A stretch of DNA of 54,614 nt from an uncultured Clostridia bacterium (GTDB lineage Bacteria; Bacillota; Clostridia; TANB77; CAG-508). The notes beneath the pieces were generated by a model. It was given only the letters and a program-made list of their open reading frames with translations, was not told the DNA's origin and ran no database searches. Position 1 is the first letter of the stretch. Each line of letters begins with the position of its first letter. A program made the position numbers and the translations under genes. Of the stretch, positions 19,394 through 29,952 are shown piece after piece. The DNA lies in assembly GCA_944390625.1 (NCBI GenBank), contig CALXRH010000088.1:1-54614 (forward strand), given 5' to 3'.

Positions 19394-20761
19394 GTGGAAA
19401 ATATAGAAGAATTACAAGAAAAAATTCAAGAATTAATTCAAGAAAAGAAAATAAATGAATTACATAGTATGCTTGACGAAATAAATAGTGCTGATTTTCC
19501 GTCGCTCTTTGAAGAATTAAAACAAGATGAAATTGTTATTATTTATCGATTACTATCCAAAGAAAAGGCAGCCGAAGTGTTTGCAGAATTAGATTCCGAT
19601 GTACAAAAAAAGTTAATTAATGTATTTACAGACAAAGAGTTAAAGACTGTAGTAAATGAATTATTTATGGATGATACAGTTGACTTAATTGAAGAAATGC
19701 CTGCATCTGTTGTAAAAAGAATTCTAAAAAATATTGGCGTAAAGGATAGAAAAGTAATTAATGAATTACTAAATTATCCAGAAGATAGTGCCGGAAGTAT
19801 TATGACAACAGAGTTTGTTGAATTTAAAGAAAATATTACAATCCAAGAAGGGTTTGACATTATCAAAAAAACAGGAATCAAAAAAGAAACTGTATATCAT
19901 TGTTATGTGTTAGATAAATCAAGAAAATTAATTGGATTAGTAGATATAAAAGAAATGCTTATATCAGATCGAGATTTAAAAATTTCAGAAATTATGGAAG
20001 AAAATCCAATTAGTGTTTTAACCTCAGATGATAAAGAAGATGTTGCCAAAAAATTTGACAAATACAATTATATGGCACTACCTGTAGTTGATACAGAAAA
20101 TCGATTAGTAGGTATTGTAACAATTGATGATGCTATTGATGTTATTCAAGAGGAAAACACAGAGGACTTTGAAAAAATGGCAGCTATGATTCCAAATGAA
20201 GAAACTTATTTTAAAACAGGAGTATTTACTCATGCCAAAAATAGAATTCTTTGGCTATTAGTTTTAATGATTTCATCGACATTTACAGGAGCTATTATAG
20301 AAAAATATCAAAGTGCATTTGCAGCAATTCCTGTTTTAGTTGCTTTTATTCCTATGATTATGGGAACAGGAGGAAATTGTGGTTCACAAAGTTCGACACT
20401 TGTTATAAGAGGTTTGGCATTAGATGAAATAAAGATTTCAGATATTTTTAAAGTAATATGGAAAGAATTAAGAGTAGCAATTGTCGTAGGAACCATATTA
20501 GCCATTGTAACAGCAATCAGAATTTATTTTCAATATGGAAGTTCTTATCAAGGAGAAATATTACATTTATCGATGGTCGTAGGACTAACATTAATATTAA
20601 CAGCCATACTTGCCAAACTAGTTGGAGGAATTTTGCCAATGATTGCAAAAACATTAAAATTGGATCCAGCTATTATGGCAGCACCTATCATTTCAACCAT
20701 TGTGGACATGTGCTCTATCCTAATATTCTTTAAATGTGCTGTAATGATAATGGGAATCTAA
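19394..20761 (+). CDS. mgtE: magnesium transporter MgtE
   Basis: MgtE N-domain, a CBS pair and a C-terminal TM domain (GTGGNCGSQSS). The start is set at the GTG at 19394, behind the GGGGGGAG SD; the ORF-track start at 19334 lacks an SD. Confidence 0.9.
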   Translation: MENIEELQEKIQELIQEKKINELHSMLDEINSADFPSLFEELKQDEIVIIYRLLSKEKAAEVFAELDSDVQKKLINVFTDKELKTVVNELFMDDTVDLIEEMPASVVKRILKNIGVKDRKVINELLNYPEDSAGSIMTTEFVEFKENITIQEGFDIIKKTGIKKETVYHCYVLDKSRKLIGLVDIKEMLISDRDLKISEIMEENPISVLTSDDKEDVAKKFDKYNYMALPVVDTENRLVGIVTIDDAIDVIQEENTEDFEKMAAMIPNEETYFKTGVFTHAKNRILWLLVLMISSTFTGAIIEKYQSAFAAIPVLVAFIPMIMGTGGNCGSQSSTLVIRGLALDEIKISDIFKVIWKELRVAIVVGTILAIVTAIRIYFQYGSSYQGEILHLSMVVGLTLILTAILAKLVGGILPMIAKTLKLDPAIMAAPIISTIVDMCSILIFFKCAVMIMGI

Positions 20762-20848
20762 AATAAAAAACAAAAAAACGGTTGTGATTTTTTTCTATTT
20801 CGTGTAAAATTAATTTGTAAAATCAATATAATAGTAAGGGTGATATAT

Positions 20849-22036
20849 ATGAGAAACCAAAAATTAGCAGAAGAAAAATTAAATACCTATCATCAAGAAT
20901 CTATTTTAAATTATTTGGATCAGTTAGATGATAGGCAAAAACAAGAAATGATAAATCAGATTTTACAAATTGATTTTGAGCAAATAACAAAATTGTATGA
21001 AGATACGAAAAAAACAAAAAAAATAAATGCAGACCAAATAACGCCAATTGAATCGATTGACAAAGAAAAAATAGACCCAAAAGAAAAAGAAGCTCTGCAA
21101 AAAATAGGCGAACAAATCATAAAAAAAGATGAATATGCAGTAGTTACCATGGCTGGAGGACAAGGAACAAGACTGGGATTTAAGGGACCAAAAGGTACTT
21201 TTAAACTAGATATTGGTCAAAATGGGAAATACATATTTGAAATTTTAACAGACCATTTAAAAAAATCCAAAAAATTATACAACATATATCCTTACTGGTA
21301 TATTATGACAAGCCAGGAAAATAACCAGCAAACAATTGATTTTTTTGAAAAACACAATTATTTTGGATATGACAAAAATAGAGTAAAATTTTTCAAACAA
21401 GGAATACTTCCTATGCTAACCCAAGAAGGCAAACTCGTGATTGAAAACAATAAAATAAAAACAGCATCTGACGGAAACGGAGGAGTCTATGAAGCTCTAA
21501 AAAAAGAAAAAATGTTAGAGGATATGAAAAGCAAAAATGTCAAATGGGTTTATATTTGTGGCGTAGACAATATTATGGTAAATCCGATTGACCCAATCTT
21601 TATTGGTTTAACGATAAAACATCATATGCAAATTGCTTCAAAATCAGTCATGAAAGCTTGCCCAGAAGAAAAAGTAGGTGTATTTTGTAGAAGAGATGGA
21701 AAGCCAAGTATTGTAGAATATATTGAATTATCTGAAAAAATGCGAATTGAATGTAACAAAATGGGGGACTTAGTTTATGGTGATGCCAATATAGTAAGTC
21801 ATTTATTGACAGTAGAGGCAATAGAAAAAATATCTCATAAAAATCTAAAATGTCATCTAGCAATAAAAAACAATTTATATAAGTTTGAAACATTTATATT
21901 TGATGGATTTCAATATTTGGATGATATGCTTGTTATGAGAATCAAAAGAGAAGAAGAATTTGCACCAATCAAAAACAAAGAAGGTGTCGATAGCCCAGAA
22001 ACGGCAAAAGAAATTTATGAAAAAAAATTTAGCTAA
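20849..22036 (+). CDS. UDP-sugar / UDP-N-acetylhexosamine pyrophosphorylase (UDPGP type 1, UAP-like)
   Basis: MAGGQGTRLGFKGPKG signature. ATG at 20849 behind AAGGGTG. Confidence 0.8.
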   Translation: MRNQKLAEEKLNTYHQESILNYLDQLDDRQKQEMINQILQIDFEQITKLYEDTKKTKKINADQITPIESIDKEKIDPKEKEALQKIGEQIIKKDEYAVVTMAGGQGTRLGFKGPKGTFKLDIGQNGKYIFEILTDHLKKSKKLYNIYPYWYIMTSQENNQQTIDFFEKHNYFGYDKNRVKFFKQGILPMLTQEGKLVIENNKIKTASDGNGGVYEALKKEKMLEDMKSKNVKWVYICGVDNIMVNPIDPIFIGLTIKHHMQIASKSVMKACPEEKVGVFCRRDGKPSIVEYIELSEKMRIECNKMGDLVYGDANIVSHLLTVEAIEKISHKNLKCHLAIKNNLYKFETFIFDGFQYLDDMLVMRIKREEEFAPIKNKEGVDSPETAKEIYEKKFS

Positions 22037-22056
22037 AAAGAAAGGAAACAAAAAAA

Positions 22057-22723
22057 ATGGAAGAAATAGAAATCAATCATTTGCTGGATTTAAAAGAAAC
22101 CATAGCTAAAAAAATATTTGAAAATTGTAAATTTGCGTGGGAAGTTTTGCCGAAAATTAACCAATTTATTTTAGAGTTGGGAAAATTTTTAGATAAAGAA
22201 AAATTTAATAAAATTGGTGAAAACATATGGATTGCTAAAACAGCAAAAATTGCACCAACTAGTTGTATCTTGGGTCCTTGTATTATTGACGAAAAAGCTG
22301 AGATAAGGCATGCTTCTTTTATTAGAGGAAATGTTATCATTGGAAAAGAAGCAGTTGTTCGGAAACTCAACAGAACTTAAGAATGCTATTTTATTTAATC
22401 AAGTTCATGTGCCACATTTTAATTATGTAGGGGATTCCATTTTAGGATATCAAGCACATTTAGGGGCAGGAGCCATTATCTCCAATGTAAGAGCAGATAA
22501 AAAGAAGATTGCCATAACTTGTTATGACAAAAAAATAGATACCGAGTTAGAAAAATTCGGAGCAATTTTAGGCGATTTTGTGGAAATTGGATGTGGAGCC
22601 GTTTTAAATCCTGGAAGTATCATTGGAAAACATACCAATATATACCCATTATCTTTTGTTAGAGGAGTGATTCCGGAAAAAAGTATTTATAAAAATCAAA
22701 ATGAAATTGTAAAGAAAATATAA
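22057..22723 (+). CDS. left-handed beta-helix (hexapeptide) transferase; intact only with a +1 shift at CGG 22360
   Basis: ORFs 22057..22380 and 22310..22723 are the two halves of one LbH protein. The junction GTT GTT C|GGA AAC gives ..GKEAVV-G-NSTELKNAILF..HFNYVGDSILG. Confidence 0.75.
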
Positions 22724-22914
22724 TTGAAAAAAGGGGAGGTTCTCTCAGTTTAAAGAGGGCCTCTCCTTTTTCAATTTTTTTAAGAAGAAAAAATATAAAA
22801 AAATTTTATATCACTTACAAATTTTGACAAATTTTTTTGTTTAAAAGTGATACACTTGTGATAAATAAAAGATGGACAAGCCATCAAAAAATCAAAAGAA
22901 GATAAGGAGGTTTT

Positions 22915-23275
22915 ATGGAAGTTAAGTATGATAGCCAGTCAAAGCTTCTATTATTTAAAATTACAGAAGAAATAGACGAATGTAAAGTAAAAGAAATAAG
23001 AAGGAGGGCGGATTATGAAATTGAAAGATTTATGCCTAAAAGAGTTGTATTTGATTTTGATCGCGTTGTTTTCATGGACAGTAGCGGAATCGGAATGGTA
23101 ATTGGAAGGTATAAGCAAGTAGCTATGCTTCGGGGGAAAAATGGAACTTACTAACTTAACACCAAGTGTAAGAAAAATTTTTGAAATGAGTGGTGTATTA
23201 AAATTAATTCCAGAAGTGAACTTGCAAGAAAAATACCTTGATTTAACACAAGATAAGGAGGAAAAAGTGATATGA
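22915..23275 (+). CDS. spoIIAA: anti-sigma F factor antagonist SpoIIAA; intact only with a +1 shift at CGG 23131
   Basis: STAS protein with [16 protein letters not shown]. After CTT C|GGG GGA the +1 frame reads [26 protein letters not shown] and ends in an ATGA overlap with the spoIIAB start (23272-23275). Restored length is about 119 aa. Confidence 0.85.
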
Positions 23276-23742
23276 TGGGTGAAAATGAAATGAAATTAGA
23301 GTTTTTAAGTAAATCGAACAATGAGGCATTTGCTAGAATTACAGTAGCTGCATTTGTATCTGCCTTAGATCCTACGATAGAAGAAATTTCAGACATAAAA
23401 ACAGCCGTATCAGAAGCAGTTACCAACTCCATTGTTCATGGATATGAGAATAAAATAGGAATTGTCAATGTAAGATGTAAGATAGTAGATAGAGAAGTAA
23501 CGATTGAAATAGCAGATACGGGAAAAGGGATTGAAAATATAGAAATGGCAAAACAACCCTTATATACAAGTAAACCAAGTTTGGAAAGGTCAGGAATGGG
23601 TTTTACCATAATGGAAAGCTTTATGGATGATTTGAAGGTAGAGTCCGTTTTGGGACTTGGTACTAAAGTTACGATGAAAAAAACAATAAAAGAACAACCA
23701 AAAAACGAAGATATCACTTTAGAAGAAGCACTAAGGGGGTAG
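23272..23742 (+). CDS. spoIIAB: anti-sigma F factor (serine kinase) SpoIIAB
   Basis: HATPase_c blocks [19 protein letters not shown] and SGMGFTIM. Position between spoIIAA and sigF. Confidence 0.93.
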   Translation: MMGENEMKLEFLSKSNNEAFARITVAAFVSALDPTIEEISDIKTAVSEAVTNSIVHGYENKIGIVNVRCKIVDREVTIEIADTGKGIENIEMAKQPLYTSKPSLERSGMGFTIMESFMDDLKVESVLGLGTKVTMKKTIKEQPKNEDITLEEALRG

Positions 23743-23746
23743 TAGT

Positions 23747-24473
23747 TTGCTAGATGAAATTACAAATGATATAAAAAAAGCTCAAACAGGGGATAAAGAT
23801 GCCATGACAAAATTGGTTGAAAATAACCAAGGACTCATTTGGAGCATTGTAAAAAGATTTACGGGAAGAGGTTATGATATAGAAGATATATATCAAATAG
23901 GAGCGATGGGATTCATAAAATCGATCCGAAATTTTGATGTAAACTTTGATGTCAAACTTTCAACCTATGCAGTACCTTATATTTTAGGAGAAATCAAAAG
24001 ATTTTTACGAGATGATGGGCCAATTAAAGTCAGCAGGAGTTTAAAAGACCTACATAGAAAGATTGTAGAACTACAAAAAGAATTTTTGGCTAAAAAAGGA
24101 AGAGAACCAACATTACGGAGAAATTTCAAAAATTTTGAAAACACCAAGGGAAGAAATAACATTGGCTTTAGATAGTAGTTTACCAGTAAGTTCGATTGAA
24201 GAAAATATATTTTCAGATCAAAAAGATGCTCATTCGGTTAATATTTTGGAGACATTAGCAACTCGTACAGATGAAGCAAATCTCATTACTAATAAACTTA
24301 CCATTAATAAAATGATAGACAATCTTATGCCCAGAGACAAGCAAGTAATTTTGTTAAGATATTTTAAAGATAAAACACAGACAGATGTAGCCAAAATTCT
24401 TGGTATATCACAGGTACAAGTATCTAGAATCGAAAGACGTATTTTAAGTCAAATGAAAGAGGAACTAGCTTGA
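23747..24473 (+). CDS. sigF: sporulation sigma factor SigF; intact only with a +1 shift at CGG 24116
   Basis: TTG start. Region 2 (DIYQIGAMGFIKSIRNFD, STYAVPYILGEIKRFLRD) is in ORF 23747..24175. Regions 3 and 4 (QVILLRYFKDKTQTDVAKILGISQVQVSRIERR) are in ORF 24135..24473. Junction ACA TTA C|GGA GAA. Confidence 0.85.
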
Positions 24474-24504
24474 AAAAAGTTAGTTCTATTTTTTTTTTTT
24501 TTTT
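24462..24504 (+). terminator. terminator of the spoIIA operon with a T16 tract
   Basis: Stem GAACTAGC / GTTAGTTC overlaps the sigF stop and is followed by 16 consecutive T (24489-24504). Confidence 0.65.
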
Positions 24505-24535
24505 ATATCATGATACAGAAGGAGACATAAGAAAA

Positions 24536-25555
24536 ATGAAAAAATTTTTGCTGTATATTGTATTGTTAATTTGTGTTTTATTTATCATTCCATCCATTTT
24601 TACGAAAAAGAGACAAGAAGCAGTAGCAGTGGTAGAAGAAAACGCAGAAGAAATTTTAGATAATAGTACAAAGCCAGAGGAAAAATATGAGTATGCAAAA
24701 TATGCGACAATAAAATTATATCATGTACAAACAGGAGAAACCGAAGAGCTTCCTATTGATGAATATTTATATGGCGTAGTATCTGCTGAGATGCCGGCAA
24801 GTTATGAAATGGAAGCTTTAAAAGCACAAGCAGTTGTTGCAAGAACCTATACCTTGTACCAAATTATGAATAGTAATGGGAAACATGGAGAAGCGGGAAT
24901 GTGTGATGCTTCTACTTGTTGCCAAGCATGGCTTTCAAAAGAGGATCGATTAGCCAAGTGGGAGGAAAGTGTTAGAGATTCTAATTGGAATAAAATTGTT
25001 GAAGCAGTAGATTGTACACAAGGAAAGATCATAACCTATGAGGGAAAACCAATTGATGCGTTTTTCCATGCAAACAGTGGAGGAACAACAGAAACGGCTA
25101 CAAATGTGTGGGGTGGTGCTAATTTTCCTTATTTACAAAGTGTACAAACAGCAGGAGAAGATGCGTATTCTGGCTATAATTCGGAGGTGGAATTAACCAA
25201 AGAAGAGCTAGTCAATAAATTGAAAGAAAAACATTCTGATCTAGCAATCAATTTTGAAGAACAAGATGCCATAAAAATAGTAGAATACACCGAAAGTGGA
25301 AGAGTTCGAACCATGAAATTTGGAAATATAGAGCTGGCAGGAACAGAGGTAAGAAGTTTATTGGGTTTAAGATCTACGAAATTTTCTTTTGAAATAAATG
25401 GTGATACCATAAAATTTGCTGTAATAGGATATGGACATGGTGTGGGTATGAGCCAAACAGGAGCCGATAGTATGGCAAAAACAGGAAGTACTTATGAAGA
25501 CATTATCCAGCATTTTTATACAGGAGTTCAAATTACCTATGTAAATGAATTATAA
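24536..25555 (+). CDS. spoIID: stage II sporulation protein D (SpoIID/LytB domain)
   Basis: ATG at 24536 behind GAAGGAG. Signal-anchor helix followed by SpoIID blocks (LKAQAVVARTY, FHANSGGTTE, GHGVGMSQTGA). Confidence 0.88.
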   Translation: MKKFLLYIVLLICVLFIIPSIFTKKRQEAVAVVEENAEEILDNSTKPEEKYEYAKYATIKLYHVQTGETEELPIDEYLYGVVSAEMPASYEMEALKAQAVVARTYTLYQIMNSNGKHGEAGMCDASTCCQAWLSKEDRLAKWEESVRDSNWNKIVEAVDCTQGKIITYEGKPIDAFFHANSGGTTETATNVWGGANFPYLQSVQTAGEDAYSGYNSEVELTKEELVNKLKEKHSDLAINFEEQDAIKIVEYTESGRVRTMKFGNIELAGTEVRSLLGLRSTKFSFEINGDTIKFAVIGYGHGVGMSQTGADSMAKTGSTYEDIIQHFYTGVQITYVNEL

Positions 25556-25743
25556 ATTATTAAACATATCTTAATGATAAGTCAAATACTTGCATTTTTT
25601 TTTAAAGTATAATATAATGTATCCAGCTTAAAGAAAGAAGACAAAAAAGCTAAATTACGCAAATTAAAGCAACATACAAATACGAAAAAAAGAAGAAAGG
25701 AGGCAGTGTTAGTTAAATGAAATAGGACTAACATAAGCTAAAA

Positions 25744-28434
25744 ATGAGTGATAAAAAAAGAAGAGAAAAATCAACCAAAAAAAGCAAGAAAATAAATAGC
25801 AACACAAACCATAAATCAAAAGAAGAAAAAAAGAAATTTTCTGAAAAACATCCTAAATTAGCAGTTGCATTAAAAATAATATTATTGTTAATCGTTGCTA
25901 TTGTAGTAATTGCTACAGGAGTAGTAGTAGGAATGTTATATGGAGGATGGGGCGATGATTTTAAAATCACAAAGGAAGAATTAGTAATAGGCTCTTCTAA
26001 CTCGGTTGTACTAGATAGTGCTGGAAATAAATTAGCAGAATTAAGTGGCGATGAAAATAGAAAAATAATAAGACTAGAAGAAATGCCAAAAAATTTAATC
26101 AATGCCTATGTTGCAATAGAGGACGAACGATTTTACGACCATAGCGGAGTTGATTTTAAAAGAACAGCAGCAGCCATTTTTCAATATATCATAAATGGTG
26201 GTAAATCTTCCTTCGGAGGAAGTACCATTACCCAACAGGTAGTAAAAAATATAACAGAAGATGATGAAAGATCAGGAATAGAAGGAATTTTAAGAAAAGT
26301 AAAAGAATGGGCAAAAGCTTATCAAATAGAAAGAATGTTATCCAAAGATGAAATACTAGAATTATATTTAAATATCATATTTGTTGGTGGAAACAATAAT
26401 CTAGGTGTAGAAGTAGGAGCCGAATATTACTTTAATAAATCAGCATCTGAACTAGATTTGGCAGAATGCGCATTTTTAGCAGGAATTAACAATTCACCAA
26501 ATTCCTATAATCCATATGGCGAAAACGACAATTCTGAAAAAATAAAAAATAGAACCAAAACGGTACTAAACAAAATGCTTGAATTAGGAATGATAGAACA
26601 AGCAGAATATGATGAAGCAAGCAATAAAGTAAATGAGGGCTTGACTTTTGAAAAAGCACAGACTACAGGAACCGTATATTCTTATCATACAGATGCAACC
26701 ATAGCACAGGTTATAGAAGATGTAGCAAAAGAAAAAGAAATATCAACCAGTTTAGCATCAACTTATGTATATAGTAGTGGACTTACCATTTATTCAACGC
26801 AAGATACAGAACTTCAGTCAAAAATGGATGAAATAATGGTACAAAAAAGTAGTGATTATACAAGAAAATCAAAAAAAGTAGATGGAGCTACCTCACAAGC
26901 AGCGATGGTCATTATAGACAATGCCACAGGATATGTTGTAGGAGTTGAAGGAGGACTTGGCGAAAAAACAGAATCAAGAGGGTTAAATAGAGCAACACAA
27001 AGTACAAGGCAAACAGGATCTTCCATAAAACCATTAACATCTTTAGTTCCTGGAATTAACGAAGGGATTATTACAGCAGCTACCATTTATAATGATAATG
27101 CTACACAATTCCAAGGAAATTATGAGCCAAAAGATTATAATGCTTTCAAAGGGTTAATTAGCATAAGAAGTGCGGTTACCACATCTCAAAATATACCATT
27201 TGTAAAGGTAGTAACAGAACTTACCCCATCAAAATCTACAGATTATTTACAAAAAATGGGAGTAACAACTGTAGAAAAAGACAGAAATGTTTTAGCAGCC
27301 TTATCAATAGGAGGTTTTACAGATGGTATTACACCACTTGAAATGGCAGGAGCCTATGCTACAATAGCTAATAATGGTGTATATAGAAGACCAATGTTTT
27401 ATACAAAAGTTACAGACACAGATGGAAATGTTGTTTTAGAGGGAAAACAAAATTCAGAACAAGTCATATCAGAGCAAGCAGCTTATGTAATAAAAGATAT
27501 TTTAAAATCAGTTGTACAAAGTGGTACAGCAACCTATTGTAAAATATCTGGAATCGATGTAGCTGCCAAAACCGGTACAACAAATAGCAATTATGATAAA
27601 TGGCTATGTGGATTTACCAATTACTATACAGCAGCAACCTGGTATGGATTTGACCAAAACGAAGAAGTAACAGGCTCAACCAATGTTGCGGGAAGAATTT
27701 GGGATGCTGTTATGACCAGTGTACATTCTGGAAAAGAATCATCAACCTTTAATCAACCTTCTGGAATTGTTACAGAAACAATTTGTAGAACTTCTGGAAA
27801 AAAGGCAACTAGCAAATGTTCCGATACGTATCAAGAAATATTTGTAGAAGGAACAGTACCAGAAGACTGTGATGCACATTCAAGTTCAGCAAGAGTCTGT
27901 ACAGAAACAGGTATGCTTGCCAATGAATATTGTCCAAATGTAACAACAAGATATTATTCTTACACAGTTGAAAAAGAAAGATTAGGATTATGGAAAAACT
28001 TAAGTTCCTCTAGTTCGTCTGCTCCAACAACGTACTGTACGAAGCATAATGCCTCTAATACAGGAAGTACTACAACAACAGAAGAAAAAGCACCAACGAT
28101 TACATTAAATGGGGAATCTAATATGACATTAAATGTAGGAGAGTCTTATACAGAAAAGGGAGCAACAGCAAAAGACGAGAAAGATGGCGATATATCCAAT
28201 AAAATATCAATATCTGGGACCGTAAATACATCAAAAGCGGGAACCTATATTATTACCTATCGAGTAACAAATTCTAGTGGCAAATCTTCCACAGCTAAAA
28301 GAACCATCGTAGTAAAAAACAATTCATCAGCAACAGAAAATACACCTTCTAATACGACCAATACATCCCCTTCCACCAACACATCACCAGACACAAATAC
28401 AGCGCCGGGAAATACAACAAACACGATGGAATAA
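25744..28434 (+). CDS. class A penicillin-binding protein (glycosyltransferase + transpeptidase) with a C-terminal Ig-like domain
   Basis: GT51 block EDERFYDHSGVD. Transpeptidase motifs SSIKP and KTGTT. C-terminal APTITLNGES...GTYIITYRVTNSSG Ig-like module and a Thr/Asn/Ser-rich tail. A TTGCAT-17-TATAAT promoter lies at 25590-25618. Confidence 0.9.
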   Translation: MSDKKRREKSTKKSKKINSNTNHKSKEEKKKFSEKHPKLAVALKIILLLIVAIVVIATGVVVGMLYGGWGDDFKITKEELVIGSSNSVVLDSAGNKLAELSGDENRKIIRLEEMPKNLINAYVAIEDERFYDHSGVDFKRTAAAIFQYIINGGKSSFGGSTITQQVVKNITEDDERSGIEGILRKVKEWAKAYQIERMLSKDEILELYLNIIFVGGNNNLGVEVGAEYYFNKSASELDLAECAFLAGINNSPNSYNPYGENDNSEKIKNRTKTVLNKMLELGMIEQAEYDEASNKVNEGLTFEKAQTTGTVYSYHTDATIAQVIEDVAKEKEISTSLASTYVYSSGLTIYSTQDTELQSKMDEIMVQKSSDYTRKSKKVDGATSQAAMVIIDNATGYVVGVEGGLGEKTESRGLNRATQSTRQTGSSIKPLTSLVPGINEGIITAATIYNDNATQFQGNYEPKDYNAFKGLISIRSAVTTSQNIPFVKVVTELTPSKSTDYLQKMGVTTVEKDRNVLAALSIGGFTDGITPLEMAGAYATIANNGVYRRPMFYTKVTDTDGNVVLEGKQNSEQVISEQAAYVIKDILKSVVQSGTATYCKISGIDVAAKTGTTNSNYDKWLCGFTNYYTAATWYGFDQNEEVTGSTNVAGRIWDAVMTSVHSGKESSTFNQPSGIVTETICRTSGKKATSKCSDTYQEIFVEGTVPEDCDAHSSSARVCTETGMLANEYCPNVTTRYYSYTVEKERLGLWKNLSSSSSSAPTTYCTKHNASNTGSTTTTEEKAPTITLNGESNMTLNVGESYTEKGATAKDEKDGDISNKISISGTVNTSKAGTYIITYRVTNSSGKSSTAKRTIVVKNNSSATENTPSNTTNTSPSTNTSPDTNTAPGNTTNTME

Positions 28435-28539
28435 ATAACGGTTCTAAAATAGAAATAAAATTTTTAAAAGGGTGTTCTGTCATGAGTATTACAGAACACC
28501 CACCTTAACAAATAAAGAAAAAGGAGGGAATCGATTTTT

Positions 28540-29937
28540 ATGGATATCTATTTTTATAATACACTAACAAAAGAAAAAGAAAAATTTGAGCCCATCAATG
28601 GGAAAGAAGTTAGAATGTATTCGTGTGGACCAACTGTATATTATAATGCACATATCGGGAACTTAAGAGCTTATTTATTTATGGACACTTTAAGAAGAGT
28701 TTTAAAATACAATGGCTACCAATTAAAACATGTTATGAACATTACCGATGTTGGACACTTAACTTCAGATGCCGATGAAGGTGAAGACAAAATGATGGTA
28801 GCTGCCAAACGTGAAAACAAAGATCCTTGGGAAATTGCTAAGTATTATATGGATGCTTTTTTTAAAGATATGGAGAGTCTAAATATAGAAAAACCAGAAA
28901 TCATAGCAAGAGCAACTGACCATATTGCTATCATGGAACAATATGTAAAAAAAATCATAGAAAATGGATATACTTACCAAACAGAAGATACCATTTATTT
29001 TGATACCTCAAAAGTGCCTGATTATGGAATGTTATCAGGAAAAAAGATTGAAGAACAAAAAGCAGGGGCCAGAGTTGAATTTGATAAAAACAAAAAAAAT
29101 ATTTCGGATTTTGCTTTATGGATTAAAGCTCCAAAAGAACATATTATGCAGTGGGATAGCTTTTTTGGAAAATGCTATCCGGGATGGCACCTAGAATGTT
29201 CTGCCATTGGTTATCAATACTTAGGAGAACAATTTGATATTCATACAGGGGGAATTGATCATATTCCAATACATCACGAAAATGAAATTGCACAATCCAT
29301 AGGATTTTCGGGAAAAATTCCGGCAAAATTCTGGATGCATGTTAATTTCTTAAAAGTAGATGGCGGAAAAATGTCAAAAAGTTTAAATAATTTGTATACT
29401 TTAAAAGATTTAAAAGAAAAAGGATATGAACCAGAAGTTTATAGAATGTTTAATTTTAATTCTAGTTACAGAAGTGCTATTAATTTTACATGGGAAGGTT
29501 TAGAAGCTAATTTAAAAGCATTACAAAAATTAAAAGAAGGCTATCAAAAACAAGCAGAAGGAACAGAAGATGTAGAAGATAATATAATTCATAATTTTGA
29601 AGAAAAATTCCATCAAGCTATTAATGATGATTTAAATATGCCACTTGCTATGAGTGTTGTATGGGATGTAATTAAATATCCTATCAAATCCAAAAAATTA
29701 GCAAAACTTTTAAAAAAATTTGATACAGTGTTAGCACTTAATATTGATAAACAGACGGAAAATACCAAACACGAAAATCCTGAAATTCCACCAGAAATTA
29801 TTGAATTAGCAGAAAAAAGAAAACAAGCAAGAGAAAACAAAGATTGGCAACAATCAGATAAGCTAAGAGAAGAAATTAATAACAAAGGATATAACATAAA
29901 AGACAGCAAAGATGGATATGAAATAACAAAAAACTAA
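28540..29937 (+). CDS. cysS: cysteine--tRNA ligase
   Basis: CGPTVYYNAHIGNLR (HIGH type), KMSKS, and a C-terminal DALR-like/anticodon-binding region. Confidence 0.95.
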   Translation: MDIYFYNTLTKEKEKFEPINGKEVRMYSCGPTVYYNAHIGNLRAYLFMDTLRRVLKYNGYQLKHVMNITDVGHLTSDADEGEDKMMVAAKRENKDPWEIAKYYMDAFFKDMESLNIEKPEIIARATDHIAIMEQYVKKIIENGYTYQTEDTIYFDTSKVPDYGMLSGKKIEEQKAGARVEFDKNKKNISDFALWIKAPKEHIMQWDSFFGKCYPGWHLECSAIGYQYLGEQFDIHTGGIDHIPIHHENEIAQSIGFSGKIPAKFWMHVNFLKVDGGKMSKSLNNLYTLKDLKEKGYEPEVYRMFNFNSSYRSAINFTWEGLEANLKALQKLKEGYQKQAEGTEDVEDNIIHNFEEKFHQAINDDLNMPLAMSVVWDVIKYPIKSKKLAKLLKKFDTVLALNIDKQTENTKHENPEIPPEIIELAEKRKQARENKDWQQSDKLREEINNKGYNIKDSKDGYEITKN

Positions 29938-29952
29938 AAGGAGATCGCAAAT

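Noticed and set aside
25700-25743. Mini-ORF ATG AAA TAG (25718-25726) behind GGAGG upstream of the PBP gene.
   Set aside because: The spacing between SD and ATG is about 13 nt and nothing else supports a leader peptide. It is probably fortuitous.
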